From: Lingula anatina | Taxonomy: Eukaryota; Animalia; Brachiopoda | Reading direction: 5' to 3' | Assembly: GCA_051362555.1 (NCBI GenBank) | Contig: CM120647.1 | Location: 11,446,651-11,510,650, forward strand | Length of the DNA stretch: 64,000 nt | Shown here: positions 37,683-48,995 of the stretch, piece after piece | Numbering within the stretch: position 1 is the first letter of the stretch | Layout of the letters: each line of letters opens with the position of its first letter | Notes under the pieces: model-generated | What the model was told of the DNA's origin: nothing | Database searches by the model: none | What the model saw: only the letters and a program-made list of their open reading frames with translations | Program-made: the position numbers and the translations under genes

Positions 37683-40600
37683 ACTCAATCCTCAGCTCGT
37701 TTCGCTTCTGGGGCGTTTTCATCAGTTCAGAGCTCCTCGCGGCGGTGTCTAAATCACGGCGGTATTCGGGCAACACGTCTGGAGATATGGGCACGCTGCT
37801 TCTCTCTCCAGACCCGTACCCCGGTGACAGACCCACCTGACAGCGATGTCCCCATTAAGGTATATTAGATAACTGCGTTGTAATTCCTCTTTAACGACTA
37901 AAGCACTCGAGTCGCAGAGCCTTAAAATCTTAGGATTAAGGTTGCCACAGCGTTTGTTTGGCAGCGTTTAGGGACGGATGTATTTATACTTGACTTTTTT
38001 TCGGATCTGCAATTTGTATCAAAATTTTGTTTGTTTTTTTACTGACACCTTTTAAGTGTTACGTCACCACATTTATTACAGACAACAAAACCCAAAGTAA
38101 TGATAATAATTATTATTATTATCATTTAGATTTTTAAGCTACAAATGAAAAAAATAAATAAAAAAAATTCAAAGAACGTTCCAATAGCACTATGCGGAAG
38201 TAGGGTAATGCCTCAGTGCATGCAAACTCAGCAAAGACAATATACACGCATAGAGCCTGTACAAGAGGCTCCCCTTCTCCCGCCACTGGTTCTCTCCATA
38301 CCAGCAGAGTATAGAAACCCAGTCAACAGGGGATCAGCAGAGCTTCTAGGGCCCTTTAAACCCTCATTTATCTCGCCTGTGTTTTGTCCCCGTGTCAGGC
38401 GTGTATACAGGCCCAGTTACCCTCATTAAATAAAATCGGTATCAACTGTTTTGATATGTTATTGATTGAAAGAAAGCGTTCGATAAGATATGACCAGAAG
38501 AAAAAGGCATAGTTAGGGGGTCAGGCAATACAGGCGATCGACCACGGTGTTCGATACCCGTGGGGAGAGACTGAGGAGATCAATAGATGGAAATTAAAAT
38601 TGTAGGGTTAGAAACGTAGATAAGCTCTCTAAAAATGGGTTATTTTGAAAAATGGATTTTCAAAATAGAGTTTTGTTTATTTATGTAAGAGATTTTCTAG
38701 GTCAGATAATGGCAAGGGGGAATCCGTATAAAACCAATATGAAGCTGTCAATAAGACGTCATAATAGAGGTCTCTCTAATTTGTTATCGGTACAAGTGCA
38801 ATTTTGCACTTTTTCACTCTGTGCATAAAACCTCCGAAAAGAGAAAAGTGCGTTTTTAAAGGAGAAACAGTTGGAATCGAACTTCTACACCTTGATATCA
38901 GGGCCTCATTTAAATACTTACAAAATATAACGCTTTGGTGCTTTTCAACATTGTTGTAACACGTTAATAGTGCACCCTGTGGTCAGAGAGTATGTCAGAA
39001 ACATCGTGTTTGCTGTTCTCCTCTGTCCTGCTGAAGTTTTCCTTCGTCTCTCCCTCAAAGCACGGCGCCCACTGTTAACTCTCGTGGCCGGCTTAACTAT
39101 CCTCTTAACTCTGTAAGTCGCTCTCCGTGCGTTTCTGTGGATATAGGTTGGATACAGTATTATCTTAAGTACTGCGGGCTCATAATTTACACCGATCACT
39201 TCCAGCGTTTGGAGATGCCAAACTCTTTTGACTTGGACGAGCATTTCCTACATGGTGTGTTAAAAAGAAGGACAATGACATACATCACAAGTTTGGCGGT
39301 TTAAAAGTTGAACATGTGCCTCTAGATCTCCAAGTTTTGGGAGAGGGTTTGTGCGAGTGAAGAAGAGGGGAGGAGAGTGCTTTGTTGGGACGACAGAATA
39401 GTTTTTGGATAAAATATACGACAAAGGCAAATAAAAACAGTGACCCACAGCGCAGTATAATTCTACAGACAAGTTGTGTTTGTGCCATTGAAATGGATTG
39501 AAGAAGCGCATTTTAAAAAGAGGCGATTCACCGCTTGTTCCTTAACGATGTCGTAAAATAATTTGGAATACAGTCGGGAGTGACGCTGTGGTCGGGGGTG
39601 GGACTATTCAGATCGAGACTATAGGAAAATACAACATAGTGGGCTGACAGTGTCACCAGACCCTGTCTCTCTGTTGTGGTCATCGAATCACTTGCTGTTA
39701 TGACAAACTGCTGGGGAAGATGAACTACATTAATTTTATTCTTTTATAACCAAATAACCAATCAAGATATGAACATAGTGGGGGTCAATGTCTAACCTAG
39801 ATCCAGGCATAAAATGGACGCTGGAAAAATAGAATTGATACCAAACACTCCACGTAAAGGTGAGGTTAATGTCTTATTAGACAGTAATGGAAATAGAAAG
39901 TTACAAGATTTTTCTTTGATGAGTTTACTTGACTCGTTTATTTGATGTATTCTGAAAAGCAAAGTCTTTACTTTTGAAGTTTTCAGGTGAGAAGAAAATC
40001 GATGGGGTATTAGTTTACTGGAACGATTTCCATGTATGATATAGAACGATATGACTTTGAACTATGTTATACTATAGTAAATGACAATTTGACAAACAAC
40101 GCCCATCTCCATCAACGAAATCACGTAATACCTCCCTGAACTGTTTTAACAATTGAAATAGTATACTGACAATTATTTAGTTCCTGGAAAAATACGAAAA
40201 AAAATCGTTATTTCCTCTCCCATGAGGTACTGTTTTCGCTGAAAAAATGTCGGAAAAGGTTTGACCAAATGGCTAAATAGTTTTTATAGAAAATCTGCTT
40301 GTAAGATGGACGTTTTAGAAAAAAAATCTGCTTGTGAGGGGACGCCAACACCTGCTGCTGCGCTCCTTGCTGGCCTTATCGCTGCTAGTGTTGACTCTAA
40401 CTAAGACAGGTAAGATAAAATCTTAGTGAAGTGTCCACTTCAGTCCACTTTGGACAGACCACGTGATGCGACTTGCTGGACATTGCTGGAATTCCTACGA
40501 TGAAACAAAGCACACATTTATATGGTTTGCTATGAAATATAGCATCGCGTTGTTTTCTACGAGTTCATGAATGAGGGTAGCTACAGATCCTTAACGAGGT

Positions 40601-42690
40601 GGGGTTTGTCTTGTGACGTAAAAGGTCTTGTGACGTATTGGATATACGCTCTTTAAAGGTCTTTGTACAGAATGTGACGTCCTTACACGGGTCTTTAAAC
40701 AGGATGTGACGACAGTGACAAATCTTCTACCGTGAACTTGTCCCACGAGCAATGAGGAATATTACACTTAAACAGAACATGGCCATCATGTAAAGAGAAA
40801 AATATATACCATATATATATATATAGAATGGGAAGGAATGAAGGGGGAGGGGGTTATGAAATCAACAAGGAGAGGTCCGGACCTTACAGAACTTGCGGCA
40901 GAACTTGAGCAAAATGTTATAAGACTTGAGATTAATTTACTATACGAGCTCTAGCTCTACCTGACAGCGTCCCAGGGGTAATCGTACTGGGGTTCATAGC
41001 ACACACACAAACTATCCCGGGCAGTCGAGACTGAGAGTTCGCTCTGGGCCCCGGGCTGCTTGGGCGGAGGGATTAAGTCACAATTTAAGAGAATTTCTTA
41101 ATCCCAGACACCGGATATGTCTGAACGCGTTATGTTATATTACCTGCGTTATTTAACGTGTGACAAATGGGCTCATAAATTGTGTACGGAGAATTGATCG
41201 TAGCTCTAGTAAGCTTACAATACCATACAACCTTAACGCACCCACAAAGGCCACAGCTCTGCGTGTTTTTGTTTCTATGGGATGGAAATCTTACATCTTA
41301 GATATTGTCTGGGGCTGATTAATCTGTTGAGTAAAAAGAGGTGAGATGGGCCGGCAATAAATATGAAAGGGATTAATTGACGCTGTTTTACTGCCAGTAC
41401 CGCCTGAGAATTTTTCTACTGACTAGTTCGAAATTTGGGCACTAATGACCAAAGAAACACGTTCATTGGTTTGAAAAAAAATATCTCCTGTTAATTTGAT
41501 TTTATTTTATTATTTTTCGTGATAAAAGCAATTTCATGACTGTCTAGCTTTCAATCCTATACCCGGCCCAGATTCTTATCACGTCGAGAATGCTGTAAAG
41601 TATTCATAAAATGCGATCCCTTCAGTTGTGCGAACCGGCGTGGTGTGTTATTCTTCTTAGAAAATTTTATTCATTTAAACAATTACTTAACGTTGGAAAC
41701 TGCCAAATTACGCATTAAGTCGTAAAAAATTTTAAAAGCTACTATCATGTAACACAGATTTCCGTTTGAACTAATCAACCCCTTGATTTTTAAAAGACTT
41801 TTGATGCATTTTTTAAAACAAATTTCTTTACGAATAACGTAGGATTGAAATTATCGCAAAACTTACCAAGGAGATCGGTAATAATTGTGTCAATGCCAAC
41901 AAGAGCAAACCGTTCCGACTTAAAACGCGAATGTCATTACAGCGGCCTTTTTCGATTTGAAATATTCAATTATCCCTGTTAATAATTTACCCGATTAAGC
42001 AGGCAATCAAAGTCAAGAAAATCAATGTGTACACAATGGTTCGAATGGCGTTAAACCATCGACCTGAACTGGCGCGGTAACAGTTCATTATAGAATTCAT
42101 CTACAGCCACATTGAACGCGTTCTTCTAAATACCCTTAATTAACATGGTAGAACAAGAAGATTAGAGTCCGGTATTGGGGCGTTAGTACCCGTCAGAGAG
42201 ATTATGTCATTAAATACTGTGCTGTAATTGCACTGGTGTAGATGGAGGACTTGTGCTTGGTTTTTTCGAAGTTCCTGCAGATTGGGAAAGGACAGGGACA
42301 TCAGCCTACAGTCTACACTGTAACTTCTTTTTGGTAAATGTATTGACTCAGCCCCAGAGCACAGTCTAAAGTATCAGCTGAGCTAGTGACAGAGAGGCGT
42401 TTAAGCCGTTAACCCAGAGTATGCGTCGGTGGAGCGTGCCAGATCTCAGTGCCCCTCAGACACCGAGATTGGTATGACGATCATACACGATTTCAATGAA
42501 CTTCAATTTTTTTTACAGTTCTTCTTCGGATCACATATGCTTTGCGCTTATTATTTTTTTTTTCAGGTTAGGTCTCATCTTTAAATAGTGTGGTACACTT
42601 CCTTCTTCATTTGAGTCACGTTTTCATGTTTTTCAGCCCCTGAACAAGCCTAGTTCGCCTGCCTCGGGTTGATGCCATTGACGCCCTACC

Positions 42691-44547
42691 ATGACCAAAG
42701 ACATGTCGTATTTACTGAACAAAAGCACACAAGAGCTCTATGGTAAGAAATACCATGAAATGCTCAAACGTTTTCAATCGAAAGGGAAGAAAGAAAGAGG
42801 GAGTATCAAGCCCACCTTATCAAGGACGTCAGTCATGACGTCAGGGACACAAGACTCTGGGATTATTCATGACGTCACGCATCACGCGGAAAACCATGAT
42901 GCAAGCGTGAGCTCACGACGTAAAAACTCCGTTGCGAGCCGCGATACTCCGCCACGGGTGGTGGTCTCGGAGGACCAAGCAGACGGGGGTGAGGAACCCT
43001 CTCAAATACAGCGTCCACAAACTAAAGGTTCTTTGGGTTTAGGATTGTTGAGTGAAGGGTTTGCTTCCAAAGAGAGAAGCAAGGGCAGGAAGAGCGCCAC
43101 CGACCAGAGCCGTAGCCACAGCGAGCCGTCGTTTCTACCGCCTATAACCCCTGGGCAGTCGGGACTCATGACGCCTCGAAGTCGTTACGCTCAAAGTTTA
43201 AGCCCGCTCTCCAGGCGCGAGGATATTACCCCCCTCCCCAGCCCCAGCATCTCCCCAAGACTTTCTACCCTCCCTCAACAGAATACTAGTCAACAAGATC
43301 ACGAAAGCAGCGACAAGAAAACAACGTCTACTATTGGGGAGAATTCTTCGCCGCCGAATATTAAACAGGAGATGCTTCACGGTCTCGGCAACTCTCACGA
43401 GACCACGACTAGTCAGGAATCAAACCCGGACGCGCAGCATTCGAAGCGAAAGAGGAGAAAATTGAAATTTGAACGGGAACCTACGATTATAACAAAACAT
43501 GAGGAATACCAAAAACATACGCGGGAGCTTACGAAACAGTTGCATTTAAAAAGCAAACCCATGGATTTACGAAAGCGTCCTCCTAAAGCAGAGGACGTAG
43601 CTCAGTTCGCAGAAACTAGTAAGGACGAAGAACAGTTTTCAATTAGGAAGAAAATTGAGCAATTCAGAAAATGGCATGAGGACCAATATAAAGAAAAACT
43701 GGAGAAACTGAGACTTGACTCTGAAAAAGCGGAGTACAGCCGCACTCCGCAGGTACCGGTGTTAAACGGAACCGTTCAGGACGTTTTGAAAAAATACCAC
43801 AACATAGACGCAGATCCGCTCGAAGTAGATTCGTTAAAGATGGCGGTAGTATCTGTGGATCGACGCGGAACGGACTCTCTTAAAATGCCTGTTCCAGCAC
43901 CGGTTTCTATAAAAGGGGCTGCCATAACAACAAGAAAACCTCCCCTAGATGAGGTTAAATCGTCTCCCCAGCCGGTGGAACGACAGAAAACGAGAATTCA
44001 TAGGAAAGCACGGGACTTACAGATTTCTGAAAAGGGATCTCGAAAATCAAGGAGACTTCGTAGAATGGATGCTCAACACAGCGAGGATGACGTCACAATT
44101 CAAACAGAGACTCCGGTGACGTCACCACTAGCTGACGACGTCATACAAAGGTTAAATGAAAGTGGCCAACATAAAGTGACTAGTAATCAAAGTAACGCGA
44201 ATATGGGCAGTCCATCACCAAAAGAAATGACACTTGCGCAGACAGAACAACATACGTCACATCAAGTAAATGAGCAAAACACGTCCCAACCAGCAACGAA
44301 CGAAATGAATCCACCCCCAGAGCGTGATCAGAAATCAGCCGGCACGTGGAGAACGTGGCGTGATGTCAATGAATCTGACGCCTATAATGACGTCAAAAAG
44401 TACATTATTGACAACGATCTGATGAACGCTGAAAAGGAGCAATGGATATCGTCATGGGTTAACAGCGTAGATGTAGCCAGAGAGGTTGCCACGCCAATGA
44501 CTGAAGAAAGAATTGTTGCTGAACAGTTGGCAAAATTGCAAAAGTAA
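42691..44547 (+). CDS. Uncharacterised 618-aa Ser/Thr/Pro/charged-rich, largely disordered protein (single coding exon)
   Basis: 1.86-kb ORF with ACCATG context, an in-frame TGA at 42679 and an acceptor TTTTTCAG at 42636. It carries an NLS-like KRKRRKLK, a predicted helical block IRKKIEQFRKWHEDQYKEKLEKLR and a Trp-rich C-terminal block WRTWRDVNES...WISSWV. No family was recognised. Confidence 0.8.
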   Translation: MTKDMSYLLNKSTQELYGKKYHEMLKRFQSKGKKERGSIKPTLSRTSVMTSGTQDSGIIHDVTHHAENHDASVSSRRKNSVASRDTPPRVVVSEDQADGGEEPSQIQRPQTKGSLGLGLLSEGFASKERSKGRKSATDQSRSHSEPSFLPPITPGQSGLMTPRSRYAQSLSPLSRREDITPLPSPSISPRLSTLPQQNTSQQDHESSDKKTTSTIGENSSPPNIKQEMLHGLGNSHETTTSQESNPDAQHSKRKRRKLKFEREPTIITKHEEYQKHTRELTKQLHLKSKPMDLRKRPPKAEDVAQFAETSKDEEQFSIRKKIEQFRKWHEDQYKEKLEKLRLDSEKAEYSRTPQVPVLNGTVQDVLKKYHNIDADPLEVDSLKMAVVSVDRRGTDSLKMPVPAPVSIKGAAITTRKPPLDEVKSSPQPVERQKTRIHRKARDLQISEKGSRKSRRLRRMDAQHSEDDVTIQTETPVTSPLADDVIQRLNESGQHKVTSNQSNANMGSPSPKEMTLAQTEQHTSHQVNEQNTSQPATNEMNPPPERDQKSAGTWRTWRDVNESDAYNDVKKYIIDNDLMNAEKEQWISSWVNSVDVAREVATPMTEERIVAEQLAKLQK

Positions 44548-47500
44548 TTTTGAAGTTATTTGGATGAAATAGTTTTCGTTTTTTTTTTAGAAGAAGGGTC
44601 AGAACGTCAAAACTTAGATCTACTCTCTGTAGGAACGGTCTAATTTTTCTTTATTTTAATTTTGTTACTCAGATTTCGCAGAATGCTGTTTTTTTTAGGA
44701 CATTCTTTTATGTCAGTGAGTCTTTTTCCTATATGATCAACTGAGTCAACTGAGATTTTGTAAAAAATAATGAAATGATTTCCGTAAGTTCGTAGGCCTA
44801 TTGCAGATATCAGTCCACCAAACTCAACGTTTTGTGGAAATCACAAAGGATACATCTTTCGATTTACTCTTTTCGAGATATCTGTGATGGGAGTTTAAGA
44901 CTACCTCAATTTTGTACTTCTGTATATCTGTATTGTTTATCATCGATCTCTTTTCAACATTCCACTTCAGACATGTTGTATCCAAATCGACACCTCGAGA
45001 TTTGACGTTAATTCTCGGGAATTTTAGAGAACATACCAAGGTTTTTTTTTTTCATCAGAATGGCGTGTGACTCTAGAAGGATCATTTATTGCTATAAATA
45101 TATTTAAGTGCCATATATGACATCGAGATGAAGATGAAATTCAGGACGGAAGTGAAGGGTATACTGAGATGTTTTGTATGTTTTTGACAGAAGCAATAAT
45201 ACAAATTTGTATTATGTAAATACTCTTGTTTGTGTCTGAAAAAAAAAGGGGGATCAAAATCCTTTGTGAGGGGGACATCTTCGCGTATATATTTCATATA
45301 TTTCACTCAGCCCATTGGTAAATGCACTGAAACCAAAGACCTTTCATCATTGATCTTATTACACATCGATTTGACAAATCAATTTGAGAAAAACAAAATT
45401 TCTTCGTATTTATTTACATAAGCACCCTTTCCCGTTTCCACTTGTACGAGTCTTTTAAATCTCCTAAATTGTCTACAGAAGATATTACCATTTCGAAAGA
45501 GCATTTCATTTTGCCCGTGATTTACAGCTATTTGTTGTAGTTACTATCTTCATTAAAGTGTATTTTGTAACTGGATTTAATCCCCACTGCGGTGACATTC
45601 TAAATATGCTATTACGACCATTAATCATATCCGGCGGGTAAGGACATTGTAACGCCAATCGATAGCGGAACGTGTAGTCCAGCGCACATGGAAATTTTCA
45701 AGCTGAGCCTTAAGGGTGGCCTGGTCCGAGTCATCAGCAAAATTTGTGTGCTGGCCTTATTTATATTTCAGATATTTTTTGACACAAAGAATCATTGTCA
45801 TATAAAAAGAGGATATTTAGTATGTCGAGTGAGGGTGAGGCCTATAAATTACTGTGAAATCGTATCACGACACCCTATATTCAGTGGACATTGTTCATGC
45901 TTGGAATGCTCCCTTTCTAAAGAATGCCGTGACGTCAGTATCAGGATTAAAAAAAAAACGCGTCCCATAAATTCAAGAGTGTACACTTGCGGATATGGTG
46001 TGTTTAATATCAATTTATCTGTCATTTAAAATTGTTGACTGTCTGTCTTGACAAGTCGCCCTGGGAAATGTTTGTCTCCCCTTCATGCCGCGGTCACAGG
46101 AAGCCTACACTATACACTAGCGGATCCAAGTTTAGCTTAGAGAAAGGCGGGGGAGGACAAAAATAAAATATGTATAAATTAAAAACAAATAAATAAATAA
46201 ATAATATTTCGAGCAGTGTAAGACAATAAATGCTGAAGGACAATTTTAATACGATATGTTAGCTAACAAGCTTGAAAAACTAGTTGCTTCGTTCTCGTTT
46301 CGCTTGTGATACTGTTAAGGTGGGGGGAGGGGGTGGCGAGGGGAGTAAGAGGTAATCCTAAAACTAAGGGAAGGCCACGTGGCAACTTGATATACAGAGA
46401 AAAATACCTTGTATTATGATGACAGATAACTCGAGAGAGAGAGAGAGAGTGATGTCGACAACACGCTACGCGTGGTAATTTTTAAGTACAAACAATCCAA
46501 CTTAGAACGTCTTTTGATATCGTGGTTGAGAATTCAATTCACTTCATCATGATCATGTTAGCCTTGTCAACGCGATGTCACAATTTATCACTTTCCGTTG
46601 ACATATAAAGCAATCAAAACACGTCTTTTACCGATGAAGCACGCCTACTCAACTATATAGGAGCCACTGTGGTGAGATGAAATAGTTAAATTAAAGTAAT
46701 AGGATATATTAAATAACATAACTGGAAGGAACCTGCGGGTCCCAGTACGCGCACACTGCTAGTGGGTTGATTGCGTTAGTTGCGTCACTGAAGGTGGAAC
46801 AACAAACACATTTCCCACAGTATACCGCTCACACAGCTTCCTCACAAATACGGGATCTAATAACTATGACATTACTTTAACAACCTACTACCAATTGCTC
46901 CATGGAAACGTGGTGATTTAACTTTGTAATTCTATAGATTGTTTACAACTACCCTCTTAATGAAGTTAGCATTGGGACTAACATTTAATCCAGAAAGTTT
47001 TACCACAACAAAAAGTGATTCTGTTTGAGCGCAACTAACGACCAAAGAGTAATCAATGTAAACATCCAACTTGAAAACAGCTAACAACATTCTTTGCATT
47101 TATTATGTCTTTATTCAATTAAAAAAATAATTCTTTTATTAAATAACTCAGACTCACACATCTATAGCTCAGCAATAATGATGCATTTTGTTTTCATTTT
47201 GACGATCACTGGCCTTTTTATTTTTATATGCATTTCAGATACAGCCCCTCCAGCCCTTTCATTCACATCTTTTGTGGTGTAACGTTTCTGTGGAGATTAA
47301 CTGTATTTATAGTAATCAGTGTAAAGGAGCTAAAATAAAAACCAAGCTTTGAAGATGATCATTTCCAGAACATGAGCTCAAATTTCTCACAATATTCTGC
47401 TTATTGTTCTGTTAGTGTTAAGTCAATCTTTTTGTCCTTCTGGTTGCTCCATCTCACGTGTCCTGCCAATAATGACCACATCATCAAGTTTGACCTTTAA

Positions 47501-47661
47501 TCTTTACCCATCTTTTAACAATCCTGCTTTTGATCCTGATTTTGACCACCATCTTTTTTTTTCCATTTATTGTGAGCAAGATTTAAACAATTCAACTTGA
47601 CTTCTGATCTTGACCTCTGACCTGGCCACTGATGGTGACCTTTGACCTCAGCCACAAAGTG

Positions 47662-48170
47662 TCACTCTCTCCACTGGTGCCCACACTTCATGTCGCAGCA
47701 CTTGTAAAATGTCGTCATCGGTTCATCAGCAGACCGCGTCTGGATCTGCATGAAAAATGCTCGGGGGTGCGCACATTTAGGACAAGCCTCTGGAAACAAA
47801 ACAGACGAGAAATATTATAATTTAGAATGACTTGAATGACACAGAATTCCGTAAGCAACACAGTTATGTTGCCTTATTAATGACATATATATGGTGTGAC
47901 ACTGACATTGTGTTAGGTGTGACACTGACATTGTGTTAGGTGTGCCATACCTTCAGTAGAGTCCACATTCTCCCACGCAGCAGCTCCTCCAAGCACATCA
48001 TCCACCTCCTTCAACCTGGGGTAATGGCGGTTTGTAATCTGGAAGTAGATATGAGAAATAATAGTTGGTGCTAATGTAAACACTGGTCACACATGTGAAG
48101 GCAGCTATCAAAAGGACAGACTGTCCCTGGCTTAATTGTGGAACAAATAAAAGAAATTTGCAATAACAAC

Positions 48171-48207
<37 letters not shown>

Positions 48208-48628
48208 ACCACTGCTGCTGCAAGCTATGAAGTTACTACCTATACACGCTATTCACTTTGGGATATACTGTGCAGTGCATATTTTAAATTAAATCAAAAT
48301 ATAAAATTTTATTAAAAATACTGTATATTTATGCACAAAACGAAATCGATTGCAATACTTGGACTATGAGAAAAAAAAATCACCTAAATGAATACTCTCA
48401 CTACCTATAGACTCAATCCATTCCTAACAAAAGAAGAAATTGGTTTAAGACTAATAAGTCGGGAAATATTCAACATTCATTCTCAATCTCAGTTTACACA
48501 AGTCTAACTTTACTTACTTTTTGCTGTATATTATATACATAAGGACAAGTATTACATGCGAATCTGAAGCACTTTTGTCCCTCCTCCACCACCAGCACAT
48601 TGGCACACACGGGGCAAAACGTCAGCAT
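47662..48628 (-). CDS. POLR3K: DNA-directed RNA polymerase III subunit RPC10 (RPC11); exons 48628-48518, 48038-47951, 47789-47662
   Basis: The spliced 327 nt give 108 aa: MLTFCPVCANVLVVEEGQKCFRFACNTCPYVYNIQQK/ITNRHYPRLKEVDDVLGGAAAWENVDSTE/EACPKCAHPRAFFMQIQTRSADEPMTTFYKCCDMKCGHQWRE. There are two zinc ribbons, the TFIIS-like QTRSADEP motif and GT-AG introns in phase. Confidence 0.97.
47893..47944. repeat. 23-bp tandem repeat (GGTGTGACACTGACATTGTGTTA x about 2.3) in POLR3K intron 2
   Basis: Direct reading. Confidence 0.85.
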
Positions 48629-48995
48629 GACTGTGGTTCAAATTATCATATATAATTAAACTACATGTTAGGAACTATGGAGCAAGTTCCTCTATCACAG
48701 AACTCCACAAGTCTCGTTGATCACGTGACATTCAAACTACTATTTACTACAAAGTTTGGCATATTCGAAGAAAAATATAACTCATAATTGTAAGAGTCAC
48801 CTTTTTGGACAAATCTGTTGTATTAGTTACGTGATATAGCCATTTAAACGCTTGAAATTTGGCTGTAGATTTAGACTCTCGTTGCAGACGAGACTTTTAT
48901 TCAAGATGTCTGCGCCCATGTTAACACCATCTGATTGAGCAACAGAGCATTGATTTTATCCTAATGTTCATGTAAGGAGATCTAAGTTATGTGTA
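48629..48995. promoter_or_regulatory. Bidirectional promoter between POLR3K and SNRNP25
   Basis: 367 bp separate the divergent ATGs. It contains the E-box TCACGTGAC at 48721 and ACTACA-like motifs at about 48660 and 48746. Confidence 0.7.

Noticed and set aside
38500-38910. B-box-like words GTTCGATACC (about 38549) and GTTCGATTCC (minus strand, about 38873-82) suggesting tRNA genes
   Set aside because: No cloverleaf or properly spaced A-box could be built. At most these are decayed SINE remnants.
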